Part shown: positions 52,149 through 61,780 of the stretch, piece after piece
Layout: the number at the start of each line of letters is the position of its first letter
Position numbering within the stretch: position 1 is the stretch's first letter
NCBI GenBank assembly: GCA_964528025.1
Contig: CAZGOZ010000001.1
Coordinates: 4,398-68,397, forward strand
DNA: 64,000 bases
Direction of reading: 5' to 3'
Source of the DNA: an uncultured Planctomycetia bacterium
GTDB lineage: Bacteria > Omnitrophota > Gorgyraeia > Tantalellales > Tantalellaceae
Program-made: the position numbers and the translations under genes
Notes under the pieces: model-generated
The model's database searches: none
What the model saw: the letters and a program-made list of their open reading frames with translations, nothing else
What the model was told of the DNA's origin: nothing

Positions 52149-52222
52149 GATTTTACTTTATTGGTCCCTCGGCGCGTTCGCTTCGCTCACTTGCTCGGGA
52201 TCAATTTTTGCGGAGCAAAAAT

Positions 52223-52307
52223 TGGTGGGGAGAGAAGGATTCGAACCTTCGAAGGCAGAGCCGACAGATTTACAGTCTGTTGCGTTTAACCACTTCGCTA
52301 TCTCCCC
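52223..52307 (-). tRNA. tRNA-Tyr(GTA)
   Basis: GGGGAGATAGCGAAGTGGTTAAACGC ACAGA-CTGTAAA-TCTGT, long variable arm, CCA. Confidence 0.95.
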
Positions 52308-52375
52308 ACGAGAGAGGGATTCCGGAATGTATTGTAGAAAACCGGAATGCGTTTGTAAAGAACTATTAGTATTAG

Positions 52376-52478
52376 CAATGGATTCCCGCTTTCGCGGGAA
52401 TGACATCTTAACAATGGATTCCCGCTTTCGCGGGGATGACATCTTAACAATGGATCCCCGCTTCCGCGGGGATGACAT
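52376..52478. repeat. Three tandem 36-bp REP-like palindromic units
   Basis: caatggattcccgctttcgcgggaatgacatcttaa x3. Confidence 0.9.
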
Positions 52479-52485
52479 TTGAAAC

Positions 52486-52560
52486 TGGAGCCGGCGGAGG
52501 GATTCGAACCCCCGACCAGAGGTTTACAAAACCCCTGCTCTACCCCTGAGCTACGCCGGC
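52486..52560 (-). tRNA. tRNA-Thr(TGT)
   Basis: GCCGGCGTAGCTCAGGGGTAGAGC...TTTGTAA...GGTTCGAATCCC...CCA. Confidence 0.95.
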
Positions 52561-52600
52561 TCGCTCTGCACCATCACCCCTTCGGGGTTAGGTGCTGGGG

Positions 52601-53461
52601 TTATAAACCTGCTTTATCAAACGCTTCGGGCATGTATGTTAGAATGTCGGAAGCGGTCATGCAAAACTGTCCTTTTTTATCGGCGGCTATGTCGCCGGCC
52701 AGGCCGTGGATGTATACTGCGGCGACTGTTGCGCTGTAAGCGTCTATACTCTGCCCTATGAACGATACGATCATTCCGGTCAGAACGTCGCCCGTGCCGC
52801 CCGAGGCCATGCCGGAATTACCGGTCTTGTTCACATAAACTTTTCCTTGCGGATCCGCAACGACGGTTTCGTGGCCTTTAAGGCATACGATTGCGCCGGT
52901 TAGCTCGGCAACGCTACGCGCGATGCTTTCCCGGCTCGCCTGCACTTCATCCGCGACCTTACCCGTCAGGCGCGCCATCTCACCGGGATGCGGCGTAATG
53001 ACTGTTTGCGCCTGTCTGGCTGTTAAGGGACTAAGATCACCCTCAAGGGCATTTATTCCGTCGGCGTCCAGAACAACAGGCATCGTCAGTTCTTCAAGCA
53101 GTTCTCTGACGAGTTTCTGCGTTTCATTATCGGTTCCCAGGCCGGGGCCTATCGCAACGGCATTACATTTCTTCGCGAAATGCAGTATCTCTTTTTTCGC
53201 CTTGAGCGCCAAAGATAAATTCTTCGTCTCCGGAAGAGGCAGAGTCATGACTTCGGTCAGCTTGGTCTCCATTATTGAGTTCAATAATCGCGGGATACCG
53301 TTCGTGACAAGACCGCTGCCCGAGATGAGCGCGCCCTGTGACGACAGAAACGCCGCGCCCGTCATCCCCCGCGAACCCGCGAGAATTAATACCCTGCCGT
53401 AATCACCCTTGTGAGAATCTTTTTTGCGACCGGAAATCTTCTTTATATGTTCATGCACCAT
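52601..53461 (-). CDS. nnrD: ADP-dependent NAD(P)H-hydrate dehydratase
   Basis: HKGDYGRV, IGPGLG, LDADG, TPHPGEM, GGTGDVL. Confidence 0.95.
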   Translation of the reverse strand: MVHEHIKKISGRKKDSHKGDYGRVLILAGSRGMTGAAFLSSQGALISGSGLVTNGIPRLLNSIMETKLTEVMTLPLPETKNLSLALKAKKEILHFAKKCNAVAIGPGLGTDNETQKLVRELLEELTMPVVLDADGINALEGDLSPLTARQAQTVITPHPGEMARLTGKVADEVQASRESIARSVAELTGAIVCLKGHETVVADPQGKVYVNKTGNSGMASGGTGDVLTGMIVSFIGQSIDAYSATVAAVYIHGLAGDIAADKKGQFCMTASDILTYMPEAFDKAGL

Positions 53462-53843
53462 CTTTTACCCCCACTGCGCTGGATATTGCAAGATCTTTTG
53501 TATGAGAAATACTTATAAAGACCCGTGAAAGGCCGTATTTTTTCTTTAATCGTTCGGCTTCGCCGTGCAGAACGACATATGGTTTACCATCAGAGTCGTT
53601 CAATATCTCAATTTCCGGCCAGTTGAGCCCTATACGCGCGCCTTCAGGAAGCGCTTTTTTCACCGCTTCCTTGGCGGCGAATTTACCGGCCATGTGCGCC
53701 GGCGCCGGGGTTGTTTTTCCATTGGCATGAGCCAGCTCTTTTTCCGTGAATATTCTCTTCAGAAAATTCATGCCGCGCTGATCTATCACCCGCTGAAACC
53801 GTTCTATTTTTACGGCATCCACGCCTATCCCTAAAACGCTCAT
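53451..53843 (-). CDS. acpS: Holo-ACP synthase
   Basis: GIGVD, FAAKEAVKKA, GKP, ISISHT. Confidence 0.95.
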   Translation of the reverse strand: MSVLGIGVDAVKIERFQRVIDQRGMNFLKRIFTEKELAHANGKTTPAPAHMAGKFAAKEAVKKALPEGARIGLNWPEIEILNDSDGKPYVVLHGEAERLKKKYGLSRVFISISHTKDLAISSAVGVKDGA

Positions 53844-54556
53844 TTTATAAGATCCTTCATCTCTTTTACCGCCGCGGATATCCCCACGAACACCGCTCGT
53901 GATATTATTGAATGACCGATATTGACCTCATGCATGCCTACGATACGCGCCACAGGAGTTACATTAAGATAATTCAACCCGTGCCCGGCGCATGCTATAA
54001 GCTCTTTACTTATAGCATGTTCTGTCATGCCACGCAAGATCTCAAGCTCTTTTTCATGATCGCCGCCTGAGTTAAACACTTCGGCGTATCGGCCGGTGTG
54101 AAACTCTATCATGCCGGCGCCTGTCTTGCGGGCGGCTTGTATCTGCGACGCCTCCGGATCAATAAAAAGGCTTACCTCTATACCGGATGCCGTCAGCTTC
54201 TCAACGACCTCTTTCACTCTATCAAAATTACCCGCAACGTCAAGCCCGCCCTCGGTAGTTATTTCCTTGCGGTTCTCGGGAACAAGCGTCGCCCGGCGCG
54301 GCCGGGTTCTGCACGCGATATCAACAATCTCGGAATCTACCGACATTTCAAGGTTTAGTTTTGTCGTAACGGTTTTTTTTAGAGCCGCCAGATCCGCATC
54401 GTTTATGTGACGCCTGTCTTTTCGGAGATGACAAACGATTCCATCGCATCCGGCTTTTTCACAAAGAACAGCCGCTTTTACCGGGTCGGGTTCAAACGTT
54501 TTACGCGCTTCCCGCACAGTAGCAACATGATCAATGTTTACTCCGAGTTCAACCAT
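53840..54556 (-). CDS. pdxJ: Pyridoxine 5'-phosphate synthase
   Basis: LGVNIDHVAT, DRRHI, TTEGGLD, AGHGL, NIGHSII. Confidence 0.97.
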   Translation of the reverse strand: MVELGVNIDHVATVREARKTFEPDPVKAAVLCEKAGCDGIVCHLRKDRRHINDADLAALKKTVTTKLNLEMSVDSEIVDIACRTRPRRATLVPENRKEITTEGGLDVAGNFDRVKEVVEKLTASGIEVSLFIDPEASQIQAARKTGAGMIEFHTGRYAEVFNSGGDHEKELEILRGMTEHAISKELIACAGHGLNYLNVTPVARIVGMHEVNIGHSIISRAVFVGISAAVKEMKDLIK

Positions 54557-55022
54557 TGCTCTCTTTTTCCGCCGGAACGGCGGCAGGGGCCGTGGATTCT
54601 ACCGGAAGATAAACTTCCACAATCTTTTCTTCAATCTGCAGAAGGTCTCTGTCGGAATGCAAGCCGAGGTGCAGTGTTACGGTGCGGGTATGTTCATTAA
54701 GGTTGATCGTATCGGTCAGAAGTTCTTTCATGTCGTAGACAACGTCCTTGGGACCATGAATCGCTAACCGCGGCGGAGTTATTTTAACCTTGCTAAGAAT
54801 CGCGCGATACCCTTCCGGAGATTTTCCGGAAAAAAGCGGCTTTATCGGAAGTTCTTTAGTGATGAACGTATACTTGGAGAAAACGTCTTCAGCCGTTTCT
54901 TTCCTCTTAAGAAAAAAATCATTGCTGACAAGGTCAAAAACATAGAACCATGTCGCAACCGCCAAAACGAGCGAAATGACCTTCGGCCAGAAATTACTAA
55001 AAATGACACTCCACAGTTTCAT
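54549..55022 (-). CDS. CdaR/YbbR-like protein
   Basis: KVISLVLAVATW TM helix plus YbbR-like region; follows cdaA. Confidence 0.75.
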   Translation of the reverse strand: MKLWSVIFSNFWPKVISLVLAVATWFYVFDLVSNDFFLKRKETAEDVFSKYTFITKELPIKPLFSGKSPEGYRAILSKVKITPPRLAIHGPKDVVYDMKELLTDTINLNEHTRTVTLHLGLHSDRDLLQIEEKIVEVYLPVESTAPAAVPAEKESNG

Positions 55023-55029
55023 GATATCC

Positions 55030-55833
55030 TCAGGGACGCATTCCCTTGCTTTTTGTTAAAAGTCTTTTCAGAACCGCCAGAAAAGACCGTTTTCTTATCT
55101 TGGGCATATAGGCCTTTTCCAGCATTTTTGACACATCTTTATGGTCGTCCACTTCCTTTATTCTGCCGGCCTCAGCCAGAGAAATACGTCCGGTCTCGCC
55201 GCTTACCGCAATTACGATAGCGTCCGTCTCCTCGCTCAATCCCAGGGCCGCTCGGTGTCTGGTTCCCATCGTCTTAGGAACATTCGGATTCTGCGTCAGA
55301 GGAAAAAGACATGCCGCCGCTTCTATGCGTTGTTCCGCCGAAACTATGATTCCGCCGTCATGCAGTGGCGCCCGGGGCGCGAATATCGTGTTTATCAGCT
55401 CGCTTGTAACCCTGCTGTCTATGCTTACGCCGCTTTCAACATAACGCCGCAGGCCGGTTTCTCTTTCAATCGCGATAAGAGCCCCTATTTTTTTCTTTGA
55501 TAATATAACCGCCGCTCTTGCCACTTCACTAAGCGTCTCTTTCTCCCCGGAGAATATTCCAAACCGCCCGATGCTGGCCAAACCGCGCCGGACCTCAGGC
55601 TGAAAAATAACAAGAAACGCTATAACCGAAATAGCCAGAAACCTCGTCAACATCCAGTTGATAATATCAAGGTTCAGCCCTCTTGTCAGCATGATGACCG
55701 CCGTGATTATGATTATGCCTTTCAGCACCTGTTCCGCAACAGTTCCCTTCAAGAGCAGATATATCAGATAAAAAGCACCCCAGAGGATAAGCACTTCAAG
55801 TATTACTTTTCCTGAACCAAATAAAAATACCAT
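55030..55833 (-). CDS. cdaA: Diadenylate cyclase CdaA
   Basis: Three TM helices, FQPEVRR, PLHDGG, GTRHRAA. Confidence 0.95.
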   Translation of the reverse strand: MVFLFGSGKVILEVLILWGAFYLIYLLLKGTVAEQVLKGIIIITAVIMLTRGLNLDIINWMLTRFLAISVIAFLVIFQPEVRRGLASIGRFGIFSGEKETLSEVARAAVILSKKKIGALIAIERETGLRRYVESGVSIDSRVTSELINTIFAPRAPLHDGGIIVSAEQRIEAAACLFPLTQNPNVPKTMGTRHRAALGLSEETDAIVIAVSGETGRISLAEAGRIKEVDDHKDVSKMLEKAYMPKIRKRSFLAVLKRLLTKSKGMRP

Positions 55834-55835
55834 AT

Positions 55836-56675
55836 TTATGCACCTGCTATCGCGTCCGTGACACGCGTTACATCGCGCATCATATCAACATCATGCACCC
55901 TTACGATATGGGCGCCGTTCATTACAGCCGCCGCAAGAGTCGCCGCTGTTCCGAATACTCTTTTTCCCGCGTCTTTCCCGGTAAGCTTTCCGATAAACGA
56001 TTTGCGCGACGTGCCGACCATTATGGGTTTATCCAGCACCCCCAGACGGCGCAAATCCCGCAGTATCTCAAGATTCTGTTCCAGAGTTTTACCAAACCCG
56101 ATACCCGGATCAATAATGATCTTGGCCCGATCTATTCCCGCCTCTGTCGCCAAAGCAATGGCTCCCGATAGATACGATGCTACCTCTTTCATCATGTCTT
56201 CATAAAAAGGCTTATCCTGCATGGTTTGCGGCTCGCCTTTCATGTGCATGAGAATAACCCCGGCATCAAAACGCGCGATCGTGCGCGCCATGTCGCGATC
56301 TCCCCTCAGCGCCGTGATATCGTTTACAATAGCAACCCCTTCGGCAAGCGCCGCCTCGGCTACCGCGCTTTTCCACGTATCAATAGACAACGGCACATTC
56401 ACGACGTTCCGCAGCGCCTTGATAACCGGCATGACACGGCCAAGTTCCTCTTCCGCCGTGATACGTTCCGACCCGGGACGGGAAGATTCCCCGCCGATAT
56501 CAATTATATCCACACCTTCGGCGGACATCGCAAGGGCTTTTTCCACCGCGCGTTCCGGATCAAGATACATGCCGCCGTCACTAAACGAATCGGAAGTAAC
56601 ATTCAATATACCCATGATACATGTGCGTTCACTGATCGGCAACACGTGGTTTTTCAGGTATATATTTTCAGGCAT
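55836..56675 (-). CDS. folP: Dihydropteroate synthase
   Basis: MGILNVTSDSFSDGG, DPGIGFGK, SRKSF, RVHDV; start set to 56675. Confidence 0.97.
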   Translation of the reverse strand: MPENIYLKNHVLPISERTCIMGILNVTSDSFSDGGMYLDPERAVEKALAMSAEGVDIIDIGGESSRPGSERITAEEELGRVMPVIKALRNVVNVPLSIDTWKSAVAEAALAEGVAIVNDITALRGDRDMARTIARFDAGVILMHMKGEPQTMQDKPFYEDMMKEVASYLSGAIALATEAGIDRAKIIIDPGIGFGKTLEQNLEILRDLRRLGVLDKPIMVGTSRKSFIGKLTGKDAGKRVFGTAATLAAAVMNGAHIVRVHDVDMMRDVTRVTDAIAGA

Positions 56676-58623
56676 TATCCTCAATGTCTTTCTGCTTTTT
56701 CTCTTTTTTTTCTTTTTCTTTTTTTTCAACGGGAAGGACAAAACCGAGAAGTTTCCGCACTTCGGCTTCGTTCATTGTTTCTTTTTCCACCAGCTTAACG
56801 GCCAGCATATCAAGCTTTTCCTTGTTTTCGGATAACCTGCTTTCGGCAACCTCATAACAGTGGCCTATAATCCGCTTAACTTCTTCATCAATAATACGCG
56901 CGGTTTCTTCGCTGTAATTACGTTCTTCCGATATGTCCCGGCCGAGAAATATCTGCGCATGCCGTCTTCCGACAGTGATATGCCCGAGCCGGTCGCTCAT
57001 GCCATACTGCGTTACCATGTCACGGGCCAGTTCCGTTGCCTTTTTGATGTCGTCCTGGGCTCCCGTGGAAATCTCGCCAAATGCGATGCTTTCCGCGGCG
57101 CGGCCGCCGAGCATGCCGGCGATTTTTCCGATAAACTGGGTTTTTTTGTAAAGATATCTGTCCTCCCGGGGCAGCTGCATTGTATATCCCAGCGCCATGC
57201 CGCGGGAAACAATCGTAACTTTATGCAGGGGATCCGCGCCGTCAATAAGATATGACATCAACGCGTGACCCGCTTCATGATACGCTATGATATTTTTTTC
57301 TTCATCGCTTATTTTTCTGGATCTTCTCTGCGGGCCCGCGAGAATTCGCTCCATCGCTTCCTGCAGTTCTTCAATGCTGACGGCATCCTTGTTCTTTCTG
57401 GCCCCGAGCAGAGCGGATTCGTTTATAATATTCGCCAGATCCGCGCCGGAAAACCCCGCGGTCTGCTGAGCGATCTTATACAGGTCCAGACCCTTTTCTA
57501 TCTTGATATGCTTGGCGTGCACTTTTAGTATCGCGTCCCGGCCGACGATATCGGGCAGACCCACGACTACCTGCCTGTCAAAACGACCCGGTCTCATCAG
57601 AGCCGGATCCAGAACGTCGGGCCTGTTCGTTCCCGCGAGCAAAATAACCCCGGTTCCCGTGTCAAACCCGTCCATCTCGGAAAGAAGAGCGTTAAGCGTC
57701 TGTTCTCTTTCATCGTGACCGCCGCCTATTCCGGAAAATCTCTGCCGCCCTACCGCGTCTATCTCGTCTATGAATATGATGCAGCCCTTCTTGCTCATAT
57801 TGACTGATTTCTTCGCTTTTTCAAAAAGGTCTCTAACGCGTGAAGCTCCCACACCGACAAACATCTCCACGAAATCGGAACCCGAAAGACTGAAAAAAGG
57901 AACATCGGCTTCACCGGCAACGGCCTTCGCGAGCAGTGTCTTACCCGTCCCCGGAGGGCCCATCAGCAGCACCCCCTTGGGCATTTTTCCGCCGAGTTTC
58001 TGGAACTTGGTCGGTTCTTTGAGAAACTCAATAACTTCTTTGAGTTCTTCCTTGGCTTCTTCAATACCGGCGACATCGTCAAAAGTGACCTTCATCCTGC
58101 CTTTTACCGCAAGTTTAGCTCTTGACTTGCCGAACGACATCATCTTGCCTCCGCCGGACGCCGCGCCTCTGTAGATGAAAAACCACAGAAAAAGCATGAA
58201 GATCAGCATCGGACCCAGCGAATAAAACAGGTTGGACAAAAAGGTTTGCGGCGGTTTGATGTCAAACTCCTGGACATTCTCCCGCAAGAGCTTAACCAGA
58301 CCGGGATCTTCCTGCGGTTCCGGGATATTTACGATAAAAGTTTTTCCGTTGGTGAGTTTTCCTATGATACGAGACCTCATTTTAACAGCCGACTGAATTT
58401 CTCCCGTCGTGCTGTTGGCCTCAACCATCTGGTAGAACGACTTGTAGGTGATTTCTCCGGAGGACTCTTCAATAGAGGAAAAAACCCATTGAAAAACCAG
58501 AAAAAGCCCCACGACAATCATTATCCAGACAAACCTGTCAGGGATATTTTTCTTGTTCTTCGCCGGATCCTTCCGGTTGCCCGGGTTTTTCCTGGATTTA
58601 TTCTCCATCTTGTCCTTCGTCAT
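56668..58623 (-). CDS. ftsH: ATP-dependent zinc metalloprotease FtsH
   Basis: [28 protein letters not shown]; start 58623 or 58608. Confidence 0.98.
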   Translation of the reverse strand: MTKDKMENKSRKNPGNRKDPAKNKKNIPDRFVWIMIVVGLFLVFQWVFSSIEESSGEITYKSFYQMVEANSTTGEIQSAVKMRSRIIGKLTNGKTFIVNIPEPQEDPGLVKLLRENVQEFDIKPPQTFLSNLFYSLGPMLIFMLFLWFFIYRGAASGGGKMMSFGKSRAKLAVKGRMKVTFDDVAGIEEAKEELKEVIEFLKEPTKFQKLGGKMPKGVLLMGPPGTGKTLLAKAVAGEADVPFFSLSGSDFVEMFVGVGASRVRDLFEKAKKSVNMSKKGCIIFIDEIDAVGRQRFSGIGGGHDEREQTLNALLSEMDGFDTGTGVILLAGTNRPDVLDPALMRPGRFDRQVVVGLPDIVGRDAILKVHAKHIKIEKGLDLYKIAQQTAGFSGADLANIINESALLGARKNKDAVSIEELQEAMERILAGPQRRSRKISDEEKNIIAYHEAGHALMSYLIDGADPLHKVTIVSRGMALGYTMQLPREDRYLYKKTQFIGKIAGMLGGRAAESIAFGEISTGAQDDIKKATELARDMVTQYGMSDRLGHITVGRRHAQIFLGRDISEERNYSEETARIIDEEVKRIIGHCYEVAESRLSENKEKLDMLAVKLVEKETMNEAEVRKLLGFVLPVEKKEKEKKEKKQKDIEDNA

Positions 58624-58663
58624 GCCCCGCCTACATATAGTAAATAATCTTAATATTGATGCT

Positions 58664-58692
58664 ATTGTAGCATACGCATTAGGCTCAGTCAA
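58664..58692 (-). promoter_or_regulatory. Sigma70-like ftsH promoter
   Basis: TTGACT-N17-TACAAT with extended -10 TG. Confidence 0.55.
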
Positions 58693-58705
58693 CACGGTCA
58701 AACAC

Positions 58706-59785
58706 TTACTTAGACGGCCGGGAACGCTTAACGAACATTATTTCGTCGGCAGTTCGTTTCACTTTCACGCCGCCGGGAAGATCCAGAGACATATTTTTTG
58801 ACGCCGTTCTTAAAAAATAATCTACGTCCATCCAGTGACGATACGTGAGGCCCTTTATGTCTCCACCCGCTTTTCTGAAAAGTTCTTTGAAGAGTTCTTT
58901 TCTGAGCACGGCGTGCTGAAGCAGAATATCTTTCAGCTTCATGCGCGCGAATGCGCCGGAGTCGGAACCGGACGTATATTTTTGAATGGTTCTTTGTTTT
59001 TGGTCGTGGGAAAACTCGAGATCTTCCCTCAAAATATCCGAAAGGTTCACGAGTGAGCGTTTTAGCCGCGGATTGTATTTTTCCAGAAACGGCAGTATTT
59101 CATGCCGGGTTCTGTTGCGTTGAAACTTCATGTCCGTATTGGAACTGTCTTCGGCGTATCCCAGGGCTTCTTTTTTTAAAAATTCAAGGATATCCCTCCG
59201 CGCGGTTCTGATCAAGGGCCGCACGAGACGCCGCCCGCGTTCTTCCCTCACGGGAGGAATGCCGGTTATGCCGGCAAGAGACGAACCGTTGATGACCCGC
59301 ATTAAAACTGTTTCGGCCTGATCATCCATCGTATGCCCCGTTGCGATAACGTTACATCCGTTCGCGGCGGCCGTTTCCGATAAAAACGCGTATCTTTTTT
59401 CCCGCGCGTGTTCCTCTAATGAAGCGTTCTTTTTTAAAACGCTCTTCAAGTTTATTTTACGGGATACGCATACAAAGCGCAGTTTTTCGGAAAACTTTTT
59501 TACGAACGCCGCATCTCTTTTGGATTCGGCGCCTCTCAGTCCATGGTCCAGAGTTCCGACGACAATATCTATGCCCAGTTTTTTTCGCATGTCAAAAAGC
59601 GCTTTTAAAAGACACACCGAGTCCGCTCCTCCGGAAACAGCAACGAGCACTTTATCCCCCGGATGCAGCATGTCATAATGTTTTATGGTGTCGTTCACCC
59701 TTTTTAGAAAGGCGGAACGCGACAGGTTTTTTTTGCGGGGTGTTTTCATTTTTGTTTTCATCTTACGGACGTTTCGGGCAGACAC
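58706..59785 (-). CDS. tilS: tRNA(Ile)-lysidine synthase
   Basis: AVSGGADS, DHGLR, GHTMDDQAET, RPL, DSSN; start uncertain. Confidence 0.95.
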   Translation of the reverse strand: MSARNVRKMKTKMKTPRKKNLSRSAFLKRVNDTIKHYDMLHPGDKVLVAVSGGADSVCLLKALFDMRKKLGIDIVVGTLDHGLRGAESKRDAAFVKKFSEKLRFVCVSRKINLKSVLKKNASLEEHAREKRYAFLSETAAANGCNVIATGHTMDDQAETVLMRVINGSSLAGITGIPPVREERGRRLVRPLIRTARRDILEFLKKEALGYAEDSSNTDMKFQRNRTRHEILPFLEKYNPRLKRSLVNLSDILREDLEFSHDQKQRTIQKYTSGSDSGAFARMKLKDILLQHAVLRKELFKELFRKAGGDIKGLTYRHWMDVDYFLRTASKNMSLDLPGGVKVKRTADEIMFVKRSRPSK

Positions 59786-59797
59786 ATGGGTCTGCCC

Positions 59798-60355
59798 CTA
59801 CTTGTCTTTTTGTTTTTTATTCTTTCGTAATTTGTCTTCTAAGCTGTAAATACATCCGCAGTAATTCTGGCGATATAGGTTCCACTCTTGGGATAACTCG
59901 GCGGCTCTTTGAGATCCGCCTTTTTTTCTGAAGTCCACGGCCATGAAGCGGTCCCCGCCTATCGCGCGCCCGATATCACTTATGAGTTTCGCGTCTTTCA
60001 TGGGGCTCGCCGCCAGCGTGGTAGCGAAGGAGTCAAACATGTTCTTTTTAAGATATTCATACGTCTTTTCTAAACGCATCCGAAAACATGCTTCACAGCG
60101 AATTCCTCCCTCCGGTTCATACTCCTTGCCCTTGACCATTTCAAACCATTTCTCCCGGTTATACGGGCCTTCTACCAGCTCAAACGACAGCTCGCGAGAT
60201 ACCTGCCGCGCCGCCTCAAGACGTTTCGCGTATTCGTCTTGCGGGTGAATGTTCGGGTTATAAAAAAACCCTGTTACGCGGTGCCCTTCGCACATCAGGC
60301 GCTCGGCCGCCGGTATCGCGCATATTCCGCAGCATATGTGTAGTAATACTTTCAT
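59798..60355 (-). CDS. queH: Epoxyqueuosine reductase QueH (DUF208)
   Basis: LLHICCGIC, FYNPNIHP, RCEACF, YRQNYCGC. Confidence 0.9.
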   Translation of the reverse strand: MKVLLHICCGICAIPAAERLMCEGHRVTGFFYNPNIHPQDEYAKRLEAARQVSRELSFELVEGPYNREKWFEMVKGKEYEPEGGIRCEACFRMRLEKTYEYLKKNMFDSFATTLAASPMKDAKLISDIGRAIGGDRFMAVDFRKKGGSQRAAELSQEWNLYRQNYCGCIYSLEDKLRKNKKQKDK

Positions 60356-60370
60356 TTGTTCCGCCTCAAT

Positions 60371-60527
60371 TGGTAGGTCACCCTAAAGGGTGACCTACGA
60401 CTTTTCTCTTTGCTGGTAGGTCACCCTAAAGGGTGACCTACGACTTTTCTCTTTGCTGGTAGGTCACCCTAAAGGGTGACCTACGGCTTTTCTCTTTGCT
60501 GGTAGGTCACCCTAAAGGGTGACCTAC
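60371..60527. repeat. Tandem 43-bp units each carrying a GTAG palindrome
   Basis: tggtaggtcaccctaaagggtgacctacgacttttctctttgc, four palindromes. Confidence 0.9.
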
Positions 60528-61468
60528 TCTGTGGATAATTTCCACCCGCGGACCGACTTGCGCAATCCCTCTTCGGTGGAGATTTGCGGATCGTATCCGA
60601 GAAGCTCTCGCGCCCGCGAAATATCGTAAACCCTGTCTTTGAATATCCTGTCCGCTTTTTTTTGGAAAAACGGAGCAAGCATGAGTATCTTCACTATGGG
60701 CGCCGGCACGACCGGCGGGCGGGCCTTGCCTAACTCATCATACAGTATTTCCAGGAGTTTCCGCAAGGTTATGATCTCTTTATCCGCAATCATGAAGGTG
60801 CCCTCGGCGGACTCGTCTTTTTCAATCGCGAGTATCATCGCCTGGACGAGATTTTCAATATATACCAGGGCGAGTCTGGAATCCATGCCCGGCACATTGA
60901 GCACCGGCAGGCGCCGGTGTTTCACCAGTTGCAGTATCTTTCCCAGCCCATGAGGTTCGTCCGCGCCGTAAACGATGCAGGGGCGTATCACAGACACGCA
61001 AAGGCCTTTTCCCCTGAACCCGATAACTATACGCTCGGCCTCAGCCTTGCTCCTGCCGTAAGCGTCAGAAACCTCATATGGCAGATCATCAGTGAGCGGA
61101 CTATCGGGGTTACCGCTGACCACGGCAACAGAACTAAGATAAATAAGTTTTTTAACGCCATAATCAAGGCATGCTTTGCATATAAGGCGAGTTCCCTCAA
61201 TATTACTTTCACGAAGTTTTTTTTCATCGCAAGTCTGCACACTCCCGGCGCAGTGAAAGACAACATCCGGTCTAAGACGACCGAACACGTTATCTACTTC
61301 CCCAGCATGGGCTATATCACCATAAACAAGCGGTATGCGCGCTTGACGCAAAAAATCAATCTTGCTTGTCTTTCTGACCAGACAAACAAGGTCGCTCCCG
61401 TCTTTCGCAAGACGCGCCGCAAGGTGCCTTCCAATAAACCCGGTCGCCCCGGTTACGAGTATTTTCAT
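60524..61468 (-). CDS. NAD-dependent epimerase/dehydratase (extended SDR)
   Basis: TGATGFIG, YGRSK, RPCIVYG. Confidence 0.9.
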   Translation of the reverse strand: MKILVTGATGFIGRHLAARLAKDGSDLVCLVRKTSKIDFLRQARIPLVYGDIAHAGEVDNVFGRLRPDVVFHCAGSVQTCDEKKLRESNIEGTRLICKACLDYGVKKLIYLSSVAVVSGNPDSPLTDDLPYEVSDAYGRSKAEAERIVIGFRGKGLCVSVIRPCIVYGADEPHGLGKILQLVKHRRLPVLNVPGMDSRLALVYIENLVQAMILAIEKDESAEGTFMIADKEIITLRKLLEILYDELGKARPPVVPAPIVKILMLAPFFQKKADRIFKDRVYDISRARELLGYDPQISTEEGLRKSVRGWKLSTE

Positions 61469-61501
61469 ATTATCGCCCAGTAGGGGCGGGGTTCCCCCGC
61501 C

Positions 61502-61780
61502 CTACGCCTCGCTTTTCACCGTATCTCCCATTATCTTCTTCACCACGATAAACAAGCACAAAATGATTGAGACACTGTTCGCCAGTATAAGCGGAAATTC
61601 TCTTATAAGAAGACCGTAAACCAGCCATAGCGCAATGCCCAGAGACAGCACCAGATACATACAGAGCGATATGTCTCTCACGTGTCCCGTCTTAAGAATC
61701 TTTATTATCTGCGGAATAAACGACACTGATGTGCAAATGCCGGCGATAATACCGATGGTTCCGATATGAAAATCATTCAT
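61502..61780 (-). CDS. SemiSWEET-family transporter
   Basis: SFIPQIIK (PQ loop), DISL, LWLVYG, PLILAN. Confidence 0.9.
   Translation of the reverse strand: MNDFHIGTIGIIAGICTSVSFIPQIIKILKTGHVRDISLCMYLVLSLGIALWLVYGLLIREFPLILANSVSIILCLFIVVKKIMGDTVKSEA

Noticed and set aside
52376-52478. 36-bp palindromic repeats resembling a CRISPR array
   Set aside because: Units are directly tandem with no unique spacers, no cas genes are present, and the same palindrome occurs singly elsewhere as a REP.
60371-60527. 26-bp palindromes at 43-bp period resembling a CRISPR array
   Set aside because: The intervening 17-nt sequences are nearly identical, so this is a tandem REP amplification.
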